From: Macrostomum lignano
Lineage: Eukaryota
DNA: 64,000 nucleotides
NCBI GenBank assembly: GCA_002269645.1
Contig: NIVC01002043.1
Span: 1 to 64,000 of the forward strand
Direction of reading: 5' to 3'
Position 1 is the stretch's first letter. Each line of letters starts with the position of its first letter. The translations under genes were made by a program, and so were the position numbers. The notes beneath the pieces are model-generated. The model was not told the DNA's origin, made no database searches, and saw only the letters and a list, made by a program, of their open reading frames with translations. Positions 38,601 through 49,210 of the stretch are shown in pieces.

Positions 38601-38782
38601 ACAGAAACACACGGGCTGCATAGGGAGGGGGGCGGATCTATCTAGAAAAACTCAAAGGACTTGATGTTGTCTGGCCTGGCACCATGGCTTTCTATTCGCA
38701 CGCAAGGTGATGAATTCGACCTTCAATTGTACCCCCTGCACCCGTGAATGGAGTTGCCAAGACGCCAACCCCGAACCCGCAG

Positions 38783-39180
38783 TTGGCCTGGCCTACCAGC
38801 TCACCCAGCAGCAGCAGCAGCTCAGGTCCTACGTCGATCCGCACACCTACGAAGATCCCTGCCAAGCTGTGCAGGAGTTCGCGAAGGAGATCGACGCCAG
38901 CTGGATTGTCATCGACCGCGTCCTGGGCGGCGGCGAGTTCGGCGACGTCTGCAAAGGCCTCCTGACTGTGCCGGGCCGGCCAAGTCAGCTGGTGGCCGTC
39001 AAAACTCTGAAGCCAGGCGCATCGGACAAGAACAAGCTGGACTTCCTGACCGAGGCGTCCATCATGGGCCAGTTCGACGATCCCAACGTCATCTTCTTGG
39101 AGGGCGTCGTCACCAGGAGCCACCCGGCCATGATTGTCACCGAGTTCATGGCCAACGGGTCGCTGGACACTTTTCTTAGG
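38783..39180 (+). CDS. Eph: Eph receptor exon 11 (juxtamembrane tyrosines and kinase N-lobe)
   Basis: [68 protein letters not shown]|GTGAGG donor; 398 nt, phase 1 to 0. Confidence 0.97.
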
Positions 39181-39204
39181 GTGAGGCTGCGCAACAGACT
39201 GGTG

Positions 39205-39690
39205 CGGATTCTTGTGGCTTCCACGTGGATTTTTCAGGCTTTCACGTGGATTCTTGTGGATTACACGTGGATAGTTGTGGATTCCACGTGGATTCTAGTG
39301 GGTTTCATGTGGATATTTGTGGATTTCACATAGATTATTGTGGCTTTCACATGGATTTTTTGGCTTCCACGTGGATTTTTGTGGCTTCCACATGGATTCA
39401 AGTATATTCCACATAGACTCTTGTGAATTTCACGTGGATTCTTGTGAATTACATGTGGATTCTTGCGGATTACACGTGGATTCTTGCGGATTACACGTGG
39501 ATTCTCGTGGCTTCCACATAGATTATTGTGGCTTTCACATGGATTCTTGCGAATTCCACATGAATTCTTGCGAATTCCACATGGATTCTTGTGGATAGCA
39601 CATGATTTCTTGTGAATTTCACATGGATTCTTGTGGATTTCACGTGAATTCTTGCATATTTCTCATGGACTCTTGTGGATTTTAGCTCGT
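39205..39690. repeat. 21-bp degenerate repeat (GTGGATTCTTGTGGATTTCAC)n
   Basis: Starts ~25 nt after the exon 11 donor. Confidence 0.9.
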
Positions 39691-39945
39691 ATTGTGCGTC
39701 TCACAACATGGATTTGTGTCGAGCTGTTGTGGGTTCTTGTAAGACTCATGTGGAATATAAGGATTTCAAAATGATCTTTGTTGATCATTGTGGACCTGAT
39801 GTGGGTTCTTGAAGTAATTATCTTCAACAAATGGTCCAACTTTCGATAAAAGCGAGCCAATCAAAAGTGGAATTTACAGCTGGAGTCGCAGAATCAGCAT
39901 GGCTCAAATCTTCTCCACGCTCATCTATGCTCATATGCATCACAT

Positions 39946-40161
39946 TGTAGTGAGTTGCAAGTGTACTTGTATGCGCCAGTCGCTAGAGCGGGGTGGGGGT
40001 TGCTATTGTACAGCATGTACGTGCTTTTCACCCACCCCTGTCTCTATCTTTTATACCCAGTTATGTAACAATCGTTGTATCGTATTTAACCTGCGTATCG
40101 ATCTAATAAACGCCAAGAGGCTTCGTCAACTCTCAGTTGTATCTCTCTGCCTTAGTCTACA
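39946..40161 (+). repeat. 5' LTR (216 bp, TG...CA, AATAAA at 40105-40110)
   Basis: Identical by eye to 44437-44650. Confidence 0.95.
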
Positions 40162-40163
40162 AC

Positions 40164-40174
40164 TGGTAGCAGAG
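40164..40174 (+). promoter_or_regulatory. Primer-binding site for initiator tRNA-Met
   Basis: TGGTAGCAGAG is complementary to the 3' end of metazoan tRNA-iMet (...CUCUGCUACCA); 2 nt after the LTR. Confidence 0.88.
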
Positions 40175-40188
40175 CAAATTATTCTAGA

Positions 40189-40998
40189 ATGGCTGAGAAA
40201 GGTTTGACCGCCAGTGCAGCGCTGCCCAGAGTTTTCAGTACCGGCAACTTTAAGGAATGGCTGCAGCGTTTCAATGTATGCGCAAAAGTCAACAAGTGGG
40301 ACACGTGCAAAGCGGAGCGACTGGCCACATTTTTGGATGGCGAGGCTCTCGTCGTTTATTTGGAACTGTCGGCAGGAGATCAGGCAGACTACGACAAAGT
40401 AGTCCAGGCATTGGATGATGCATTCCACCCGAACCGCGAGCACTTCGCCGTCATGGAGGCGTTCAAATCAAGGAAGATTTTGTCGAATGAGACTCCACGC
40501 ATGTATCTTTACGAGTTAAAGAAGATGCTCAAAAGCTCCTCCGTGGACAACAAAGATGCTCAAGAGGCTCTGCTGTTCCATCAGTTCGTCTGTGGCCTTC
40601 CCGAATCCGTGAGCTGGCAGATTCGCGCGGACTCCAGCGTTAAGACCTCAGAGCAAGCGCTTCAAAAGGCCCAGCTACTGATGCAGCACAGCTCGCCAAG
40701 AATCCCAGCAGCAGCGGTGCAACCTCAGTCGAGCCAATCCAGCGAAGTTCAGGAGCTGCGGGACACTGTGCAGAGTCTGGAGGCATCGGTGAGCACCCTG
40801 AGTTCCCAGCTGCAGCAGCTGGCAGCCTGTGGAGTGAGGACGAGCAGCACAACGAGACCGCAGCACCGTTCGAAGTCTGACATCATCTGCTACAACTGCC
40901 ACAAGGCCGGCCACATTGCCAGAGATTGCTACAGCAGGCGACAGCCGGGAAACGCCAGAGGCTGGGGTGTGCGGGCCCGCAACCCCGGCCAGCAGTAA
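40189..40998 (+). CDS. gag: Retrotransposon Gag (269 aa)
   Basis: Intact ORF after the PBS, with zinc knuckle CYNCHKAGHIARDC. Confidence 0.93.
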   Translation: MAEKGLTASAALPRVFSTGNFKEWLQRFNVCAKVNKWDTCKAERLATFLDGEALVVYLELSAGDQADYDKVVQALDDAFHPNREHFAVMEAFKSRKILSNETPRMYLYELKKMLKSSSVDNKDAQEALLFHQFVCGLPESVSWQIRADSSVKTSEQALQKAQLLMQHSSPRIPAAAVQPQSSQSSEVQELRDTVQSLEASVSTLSSQLQQLAACGVRTSSTTRPQHRSKSDIICYNCHKAGHIARDCYSRRQPGNARGWGVRARNPGQQ

Positions 40999-41008
40999 CT
41001 GCGGGCCC
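40947..41008 (+). promoter_or_regulatory. -1 programmed ribosomal frameshift signal (G GGA AAC plus H-type pseudoknot)
   Basis: Heptamer in gag phase at 40947-40953, 6-nt spacer, stem 1 40960-68/40982-90, stem 2 40973-81/41000-08. pol lies in the -1 frame. Confidence 0.85.
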
Positions 41009-41942
41009 AGCAGCAGCGGCTTCAAGGCCGGCGCTCACAGTCGGCGGGATCTTCGACGGATGCAGCGTCGCGCCCGACCGACTATCGCAGTGTGAGTGCA
41101 AGCTTGATGGCAGAAGTGTGAAGGCGCTGTTAGACACCGGAAGCCAGTGCTCACTAGTTGAGTCCAGCATCCTGACAAAATCCCAGCTCAGACAGGCAAC
41201 TGCAGCCAGAGTGCAACTTCATTCAGTGAACAAGCAGCCAATTAGCATAGAACGGCAAATCGAATTGCCACTTACAGTCGGTGGAGTGACAGCCCGGCAA
41301 TTGTTTTTCGTTGTGTCAGGTTTGGTCTGCCCTGTCATTGTTGGAGTCGACTTCATCGGCAAGCATAATTTGCAACTGGACTTCACAGGATCTTCACAAG
41401 AAGCCGGCCAAGTCTGCAGCACCAGATTCCAGGCTGACACCGGCGATCCAGTTGACATCGAAGACGCACTCGTCCCCGAGTTCAGCTGTGAAGAGTTCGA
41501 GTTGCCGACTACCGACGACCCTGATGTACAACGGCTGCTGGTGGAGTTCAAAGACTTGTTCAAGAAAAAGCCGGGACTAACTCATCTGCAACAGCACCGA
41601 ATTGTTCTCTCGGATGAAGTACCTGTCCGAGTGCCACCGCGCCGCATGCCTGTGCATTACCGGGAGAAGGTAGAGCAGCTGATTCAGGAACTGCTGGAGA
41701 ACGACGTGATAGAGCTGAGCGAAAGTCCGTACGTGGCCCCACCGGTGTACGTGACAAAGAAGGATGGCAGTCTCCGCCTGACCATAGACTATCGAGAGAT
41801 CAACAAGAAGACTATTCGCTCTGCACAGGGAATTCCGTTGATGGAGGAGGCAAGAGATCGAATCGCAGGCAGTTCAGTGTTCTCTGTGTTGGATCTCAAT
41901 GGAGGCTATTTTCAAATTCCGATGCGGAAGAAGACAAGCTAA
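40951..41942 (+). CDS. pol: Pol part 1 (protease, start of RT), ended by a 1-nt deletion near 41925
   Basis: LLDTGSQCSLV protease motif; SPYVAPPVYVTKKDGSLRLTIDYREIN; VLDLNGGYFQIP. Confidence 0.9.
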
Positions 41943-44281
41943 AAACTGCTTTCTGTCCGGGACCAGGGATGCCGCTGTACCAATTTAAGAGAATGCCCCA
42001 AGGTCTGTCGGGGGGCCCAAGCACATTCTGCATGCTAATGTCAAAAGTTTTCAACGGCTGCGATTTCATCTTCACGTTCTTCGATGACAGCCTGTGCTTC
42101 TCAAAGACCAAGTCGGATCATCTGCGGCAACTTCGAGAGACCTTCGAGCGATTTCGAGCAGCCGGACTGACATTAAGAGGCTCCAAGTGCAAGATCGCGG
42201 TACCCGAAGTGACCTTTCTCGGCACACGGTATTCAAAGGATGGTGCCCAGCCCAGCCAGGAGAAGCTGGAGGCAATTCAGCAGTGGAGAGAGCCGAGGTC
42301 AGCCAAGGAGGTGCGTCAGTTCATCGGCCTGTGCAACCAATACCGACGCCATGTAGCCAACTTCGCTGCCATCGCCGCACCGCTGCACCATCTGACTGGC
42401 AAGGGCGTTCCATTTGACTGGACTTCGGAATGCCAGACGGCCTTCGACGAGCTCAAAAGGTGCCTAATTAGTCCTCCGATCCTGGTGAACCCGGATTTCA
42501 CTAAGGAGTTCTCAGTCTTCACGGATGCCAGTGGCAGCGGAGTCGGTGCAATTCTGAAGCAAGGCGAGGCGGTGATCGAGTTCTCAAGCCGCGCATTCAA
42601 TTCAGCTGAGAAGAAATACTCTGCAACAGAAAAGGAGTGCCTGGCCATCTTGCACGCATTCAAAGTTTTTCGCCACTATCTTCTCGGCAAGCATTTCACG
42701 GTGCACACGGATCACTGCCCGCTCACCTACATCGATTCACAGAGAGTTGACAGCTACGGCAGGCTAGGACGATGGCGTCTGCTGCTTCAAGAGTTCGACT
42801 TCACCGTCAAGTACCGAAGAGGCGTTGAGAACTCAGATGCTGACGCGCTGTCCAGACTGCACGGCCAAGAAGTCGCAGCTACGCAGCTGACTCCGGAAAT
42901 CGACACTGAAGAGCTCAAAACTGCGCAGCGACATGACCCGGAGCTCAGCCAGGTGATTCAGGCGATGGACAAGGACGCAGAAATTGCACCCAGATGGCGA
43001 GCAGGACCACTGCAGCAACTCGGCAGAATCTGGAAGAAGCTAAAGCTGGATGATGACGGTGTTCTACTGCGCAAGTTCAATGACCCGGACGGCCTGCGGG
43101 AGGTTCCAGTGGTGCCAGCGCGGCTTCGACAACAGTTTTTGACCAACGCTCACGAAGGTCTGGGAGGTCATTTCGGAGCCGAGAAATGCTACCGCACACT
43201 GAAACTGACCGCCTACTGGCCCGGCATGGCTGAAGACATCGTGCAACACTGCCAGAGTTGTTCTGTCTGTCAGGAGAAGAAAGCGGGCTCGCGGACCAGC
43301 GCGCCACTCGGAGAACTGCCAATCGGCTCGCCGTGGGATTCTGTGGCTATCGACATCGTCAAGGTGGCGCCATCATCGCGCGGCAACAAATACCTGCTGG
43401 TGGCTCAGGATCAGTTTTCCAAGTACCTGACGGCCGTGGCGATTCCTGACCAGACTGCTGAGACTACTGCTCGCGCCTTCCTCTCCATCTGCTCCCAGAC
43501 TGGACTTCCCCGAGTCATCCACTCCGATCAAGGACCGAATTTCGAGTCTCAGCTTTTTCAAGACACTCTGCGAGGCCTGGGAGTCACGAAGACAAGAACA
43601 ACGGCTTACAATCCCAAAGGCAACGGATTAGCGGAGTCGGGCAACAAGTCAGTGCTGCAGTTACTCAGGTGTTTCACCGAGCGAGAGAGCGAGTGGGAGG
43701 ACAAGCTGCCACTGATCCTGCTGTCCTACAATTCCCGGGTGCACTGCTCAACACAGCTGCCGCCACTGAAGGTGTTCACCGGGCGCGATCCGAGCCTGCC
43801 GGTCATCAGCCAGCAGTCCAGGCGATTCTATGACGTGCGCACCTACGCCGACAAGCTCGAGGGCGACCTGCTGCGAATTCGAGAGTTTGTCGAGGAGCAT
43901 CTGGTGCAGGCGGCTGGCGAGCAAAAGAGCGGCTACGACAGGTCGACCGGGCAGCTGCGCATGTTCAGTCCTGGAGACGAGGTCCTGCTGCGCATCGAGC
44001 TGAGGGGCTCCAAGCTGGCGCCTTACTGGGAGCCGGGCTGGCAGGTGCTGTCGCAGCGGGATCTGGTAGTCGAAATCCAAAAGATCGAGAACGGCCGGAC
44101 CCGCAGGGTGAATGTGAATCGTCTGCGGCCGCGGATCCTGCCAGTCCCTGACGGAGAGCGCTTCCTGCAGCCGCCCTTTGCGCACGCGGCGCACGGCGGC
44201 GATGAGGCGGACGAGGAGCCGCCCCCGAGACGCTACCCGGTGCGTAGGCGGATGCCGGTGGATCGCTATGTGGCCGGTTGA
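41925..44281 (+). CDS. pol: Pol part 2 (RT, RNase H, integrase)
   Basis: KTAF...YQFKRMPQGL, FFDD, FTDASG, TEKECLA, DADALSR, HHCC zinc finger (HEGLGGHFG...CSVC), IHSDQG, GLAESGNK, and a GPY/F-like tail. Confidence 0.93.
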
Positions 44282-44436
44282 ATTTTTGATTGACTCAGTG
44301 ACTGTTCGACTGACTGTTGCGAATTATTTGAAAGCGAGAAATTCTTTATAACAATATTGTTCGAATGTTTTACTGTTCTTATGTTTCCTTCGAATTATTC
44401 GTTCGAATGTTATTGATCTTTTTCGCCGGGGAGGAT

Positions 44437-44650
44437 TGTAGTGAGTTGCAAGTGTACTTGTATGCGCCAGTCGCTAGAGCGGGGTGGGGGTTGCTATTGT
44501 ACAGCATGTACGTGCTTTTCACCCACCCCTGTCTCTATCTTTTATACCCAGTTATGTAACAATCGTTGTATCGTATTTAACCTGCGTATCGATCTAATAA
44601 ACGCCAAGAGGCTTCGTCAACTCTCAGTTGTATCTCTCTGCCTTAGTCTA
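44437..44650 (+). repeat. 3' LTR (lacks the terminal CA; AATAAA at 44596-44601)
   Basis: Identical to the 5' LTR over 214 nt; preceded by purine tract GGGGAGGA. Confidence 0.95.
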
Positions 44651-45487
44651 TCTCTCTGCCTTATCTCTCTGCCTTAGGTTGAACCTTGACCCCTGAACCG
44701 GAATCCAATCATAAGCGATGTTATCAACTTAAATTCTCGCACTGACGCAACTCTCTCAGCTACTCAGCTCATGGACGCAGCAGCTCTGCTGAGACTCCCC
44801 CGGGAATTGATGGGGGGATTTTTGAGCTTGGCGGAGAAACTGGACTGGCCAACAATCCCCAAGCGACATCTGACTTCCCATTTCGGCCGCTACTCCCCAC
44901 TCTCTCTCTCTCTCTCTCTCTAGCTCGGTTCATTTCACTCCATTTGTCTTGCCTCCCCCACGCCCCCGCTGGGAAATTACTGCACTTATCGGCTGGCCCG
45001 AAAAGTAAAATAGATTGGTTGCGTCACCCTTCTGCGCTCTAGGTCTCGCGCCCTATACTCGTAGCTGGGGCAAGCTATCCGCATTAATCAATGTCTGAAT
45101 TGAAATAACTCCAACTGCGAGCCGGCCGTGGGATGAAAGGATCTACTAGAGGAAACGGGCAGAGAAAGCCGCACAGCAAAACGGCAATTTTTCCCGGTCG
45201 GCAGGCAATTTCCTTGCCGAGTTAGAAATTGCTTCTAGCAGGGAGGCTCGGCATTGAGAGCTGCTCTGCGTACAGAATAAGCCTCATCAGTTCTATAGCT
45301 TGCCCTAATTTAAGAAGGGAACAAGCATCTCCGTGCATGCCCTCTGCCTGTACTGCTTAGGACGATGGACATGCAGAGTTGATCATATTTTCTTGGGCCA
45401 TTCAGAGCTACAGATCGACTCGAAGTCTATATAGTTTCGCAAGACTTTAAACTTGATAACAATTTTCATCAGTCATACAATTCTTAA

Positions 45488-45680
45488 TGGAATCCACAAT
45501 AGTCCACACCAGATCCACAGTCATCCACACCACATCCACAATAATCCACGTCACATCCACAATAATCCAAAACCAGTTCCACAATCATCCACCTCAGTTC
45601 CACAATCATCCACACCACATCCACAAGAATCCACACCACATCCACAATAATCCACACCAGTTCCACAATAATCCACCCCA
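45488..45680. repeat. 21-bp degenerate repeat (ATCCACAATAATCCACACCAC)n
   Basis: Ends ~120 nt before the exon 12 acceptor. Confidence 0.88.
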
Positions 45681-45802
45681 GACTCAAAAGTCCGCACCAA
45701 ATGCCAAACAATTTTATTCATAAAAGCAGATTACAATTAATCTCTGAAATGCTCTGAAAGATGTCAAACCTCAAGTTACCCAAACCTTCCCCTCGATCTC
45801 AG

Positions 45803-46380
45803 AGCCACGACGGGCAGCTCAGCAGCCAGCAGCTGGTGGGGATGCTGCGCGGCATCGCCAGCGGCATGCGCTACCTGAGCGACACGGGCTACATCCACCG
45901 CGACTTGGCCGCGCGCAACATCCTGGTCAGCGAGCAGCTGGTCTGCAAAGTCTCCGACTTCGGCCTGTCACGCGAGATCCCCGTCGACCCGGCCACCGCC
46001 GCGGCAGCCGCCAACGAAGCCAAGGATGGCACGTACACCACCCGGGGCGGTAAGATCCCCATCCGGTGGACGGCGCCGGAGGCCATCCACTTCCGCAAGT
46101 TCACCTCGGCCACTGACGTCTGGAGCTTCGGCATCGTCATGTGGGAGGTGATGTCGTTTGGCGAGCGGCCGTACTGGAACTGGTCCAACCAGGATGTGAT
46201 AGCGGCTGTGGAGAATGGCTACCGGCTGCCGCCGCCCATGGACTGCCCGGAGTCTGTGCACCAGATGATGCTGGACTGCTGGAAGTGGGACAGGGCCGAG
46301 CGGCCCAAGTTTGGTCAGCTGGTGAAGGCGCTGGACAGGCTGTTGAGGCAGCCGGACCTGCTGATGTGCCAGCAGCCCAG
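45803..46380 (+). CDS. Eph: Eph receptor exon 12 (kinase C-lobe)
   Basis: [54 protein letters not shown]-like TDVWSFG. AG|GTGAGC donor; 578 nt, phase 0 to 2. Confidence 0.97.
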
Positions 46381-46474
46381 GTGAGCCAGGGTCTTGCAGA
46401 CTGCGTTTGTAATAGTACAAGTAGCAGCACAGCTTTTTAATACAAGCACTGCCCTATGACAGAATATACTGTTT

Positions 46475-47385
46475 TATTCCTGAAGAATATGCTGTCTTAT
46501 TCCTGAAGAGTATTGTCTTATTCCTGAAGAATATGCTGTCTTATTCCTGAAGAATATGCTGTCTTATTCCTGAAGAATATGCTGTCTTATTCCTGAAGAA
46601 CACACTGCCTTCTTCCTGAAGAGTAGTGTCTTATTCCTGAAGAACACACTGCCTTCTTCCTGAAGAGTAGTGTCTTATTCCTGAAGAACACACTGCCTTC
46701 TTCCTGAAGAATATACTGTCTTATTCCTGAAGAGTATTGTCTTATTCCTGAAGAATATGCTGTCTTATTCCTGAAGAATATGCTGTCTTATTCCTGAAGA
46801 ACACACTGCCTTCTTCCTGAAGAGTAGTGTCTTATTCCTGAAGAACACACTGCCTTCTTCCTGAAGAATATACTGTCTTATTCCTGAAGAGTATTGTCTT
46901 ATTCCTGAAGAATATGCTGTCTTATTCCTGAAGAATATGCTGTCTTATTCCTGAAGAACACACTGCCTTCTTCCTGAAGAGTAGTGTCTTATTCCTGAAG
47001 AACACACTGCCTTCTTCCTGAAGAATATACTGTCTTATTCCTGAAGAGTATTGTCTTATTCCTGAAGAATATGCTGTCTTATTCCTGAAGAATATGCTGT
47101 CTTATTCCTGAAGAACACACTGCCTTCTTCCTGAAGAGTAGTGTCTTATTCCTGAAGAACACACTGCCTTCTTCCTGAAGAATATACTGTCTTATTCCTG
47201 AAGAGTATTGTCTTATTCCTGAAGAATATGCTGTCTTATTCCTGAAGAGTATTGTCTTATTCCTGAAGAATATGCTGTCTTATTCCTGAAGAGTATTGTC
47301 TTATTCCTGAAGAATATGCTGTCTTATTCCTGAAGAGTATTGTCTTATTCCTGAAGAATATGCTGTCTTATTCCTGAAGAGTACT
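46475..47385. repeat. 21/23-bp minisatellite with higher-order pattern
   Basis: TTATTCCTGAAGAATATGCTGTC and variants. Confidence 0.95.
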
Positions 47386-47555
47386 CAAAATTTCCTCTCT
47401 CTAAAGGACAATCTTCTCAATCAACTCCGTCGCCTCTCCATCTACTACCGTGAGGGCCAACCCACAATCCAAGGCGCAGTGCCGCTGTACACCCTGCATG
47501 AGTGCTAGTACTCAATGCCGCAGCTCATAGTCAAAACTTTCCCGCTAACCGTCAG

Positions 47556-47829
47556 GCCGATCTACGAGCCGCCGTCCCAGACGATGCCGGCTGAGCGCTG
47601 CGGCTCGGTGGCGCAGTGGCTCGCGAGCCTGAAGCTCGAGCGCTACGCCGACGCATTCCAGCGCTGCGGCGTAGTCAGCATGGAGCAGGCGCCGCGCCTC
47701 ACTGACGCCGACCTCGAGGCCATCGGGGTGTCGGACTCCGGCCACAGGCGCCGGCTGCTGCACGCGGTTGAAAGCCTCAAGCTGCACATCTACGAGGCAG
47801 CGCCCTACTCAGATGGCTACATGGTTTGA
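47556..47829 (+). CDS. Eph: Eph receptor terminal exon 13 (SAM domain and PDZ-binding tail GYMV)
   Basis: SVAQWLASLKLERYADAF...DLEAIGVSDSGHRRRLLHAV, ending in TGA. CTAACCGTCAG acceptor, phase 2. Confidence 0.95.
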
Positions 47830-47903
47830 GTCCCCGAGCCAGCCTCGGGCCTGACTCACGTCTGACGTCTCTGTCCACCTCTCGATCGATCAACATTCTT
47901 CTC

Positions 47904-47909
47904 ATTAAA
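47904..47909 (+). terminator. Candidate Eph poly(A) signal ATTAAA
   Basis: Variant hexamer 75 nt after the stop codon; position only. Confidence 0.3.
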
Positions 47910-47949
47910 CCTTTCTTAAGATTCTAAAAAGCATTTCCTAAGATCTCAT

Positions 47950-48215
47950 GAACTTTCACTGAGATCTTGCAGAATCTCACTCTAAGATTTTCAGAATCTC
48001 ACTCTAAGATTTTCAGAATCTCACTCTAAGATCTTTCAGAATCTCACTCTGAGATCTTTCAGAATCTCACTCTGAGATCTTTCAGAATCTTACTCTGAGA
48101 TCTTGCAGAATCTCACTCTGAGATTTTTCAGAATCTTACCCTGGGATCTTGCAGAATCTTACTCTGAGATCTTGCAGAATCTTACCCTGGGATCTTGCAG
48201 AATCTTACTCTGAAA
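47950..48215. repeat. 23-bp minisatellite downstream of the Eph stop
   Basis: AGAATCTCACTCTGAGATCTTTC. Confidence 0.88.
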
Positions 48216-48929
48216 TCTTGCAAAACCTGTTTAAACATAGATTCCTTAGATCTCGAAATTCTATAATGGTTCTTACTTCAATCCCTCTATCTCAACAAGA
48301 CTTCAGTCTGAAACTAATAATAAACTTTTCCGTATTGGCACTACTATAAAGCGTGTAAATTCACTATGCTACTGCTACATGCATATACAGTAGCCACTAA
48401 TGGGTCTTGTGCAAACATTCATTTTCAACGAATTAGCAAGCTAGAGAAGAATCTCTCCTGATCAAAGATAACCCCCTAACCGCTGCCACAGGGCTTTCAC
48501 CTGCTGCATGTCTATCTTGTCCGTGCATGTACATGGCACATGTACATTCAGCCAGCCAGTCCTAGTACCGTCTGTCCTGATCCCCTCTTACTGTCTGTCT
48601 GAAAAAATCAATTAATTTAATTAATAATTCTGTTTTCTAGTCGACTGAGCAAAACTGCTTGCTTAGCCTTACAAATCAAATATATTCTCAATCGTCTACT
48701 CCTAGTAGTGAAAATAGTGTTGCTTAATTCAAATTTATTGGTAGTTATTTGCGAAATTTCTATTCAATGTTTTCATGTTCTTTGCGCGCAACTATTTGTC
48801 GAATCGGTTTTCTCTTGTAAATAGTAAATAAATTATCATATAATTATACGAGCAATTAGAGGCAGAATTTTTCGATAATTACGATAGCTAAGCTTTGGCA
48901 ATTAAAAGTTTTTTAAAAGGCAACATCAA

Positions 48930-49210
48930 TATAGATGGGGTCTTGGAGAGTGTACACTTGACGAGATGGGGTCTTGGAGAGTGTACACTTGACGAGATGG
49001 GGCCTTGGAGAGTGTACACTTGACGAGATGGGGTCTTGGAGAATGTACACTTGACGAGATGGGGTCTTGGAGAGTGTACACTTGACGAGATGGGGTCCTG
49101 GAGAGTGTACACTTGACGAGATGGGGTCTTGGAGAGTGTACACTTGACGAGATGGGGTCTTGGAGAGTGTACACTTGACGAGATGGGGTCTTGGAGAGTG
49201 TACACTTGAC
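48930..49210. repeat. 31-bp minisatellite
   Basis: GTGTACACTTGACGAGATGGGGTCTTGGAGA, ~9 copies. Confidence 0.93.

Larger units (their letters stand above)
39946..44650 (+). mobile_element. Ty3/Gypsy LTR retrotransposon, near full length, in Eph intron 11 (same orientation as Eph)
   Basis: Two LTRs, PBS, gag with CCHC knuckle, pol in PR-RT-RH-IN order, and a PPT. Confidence 0.97.

Noticed and set aside
40926-40950. TTG start for an independent pol ORF
   Set aside because: The slippery site and pseudoknot indicate a Gag-Pol fusion by -1 frameshift instead.
46475-47385. TTCCTGAA as heat-shock or STAT elements
   Set aside because: Only two HSE pentamers per unit and the wrong spacing for STAT; likely chance.
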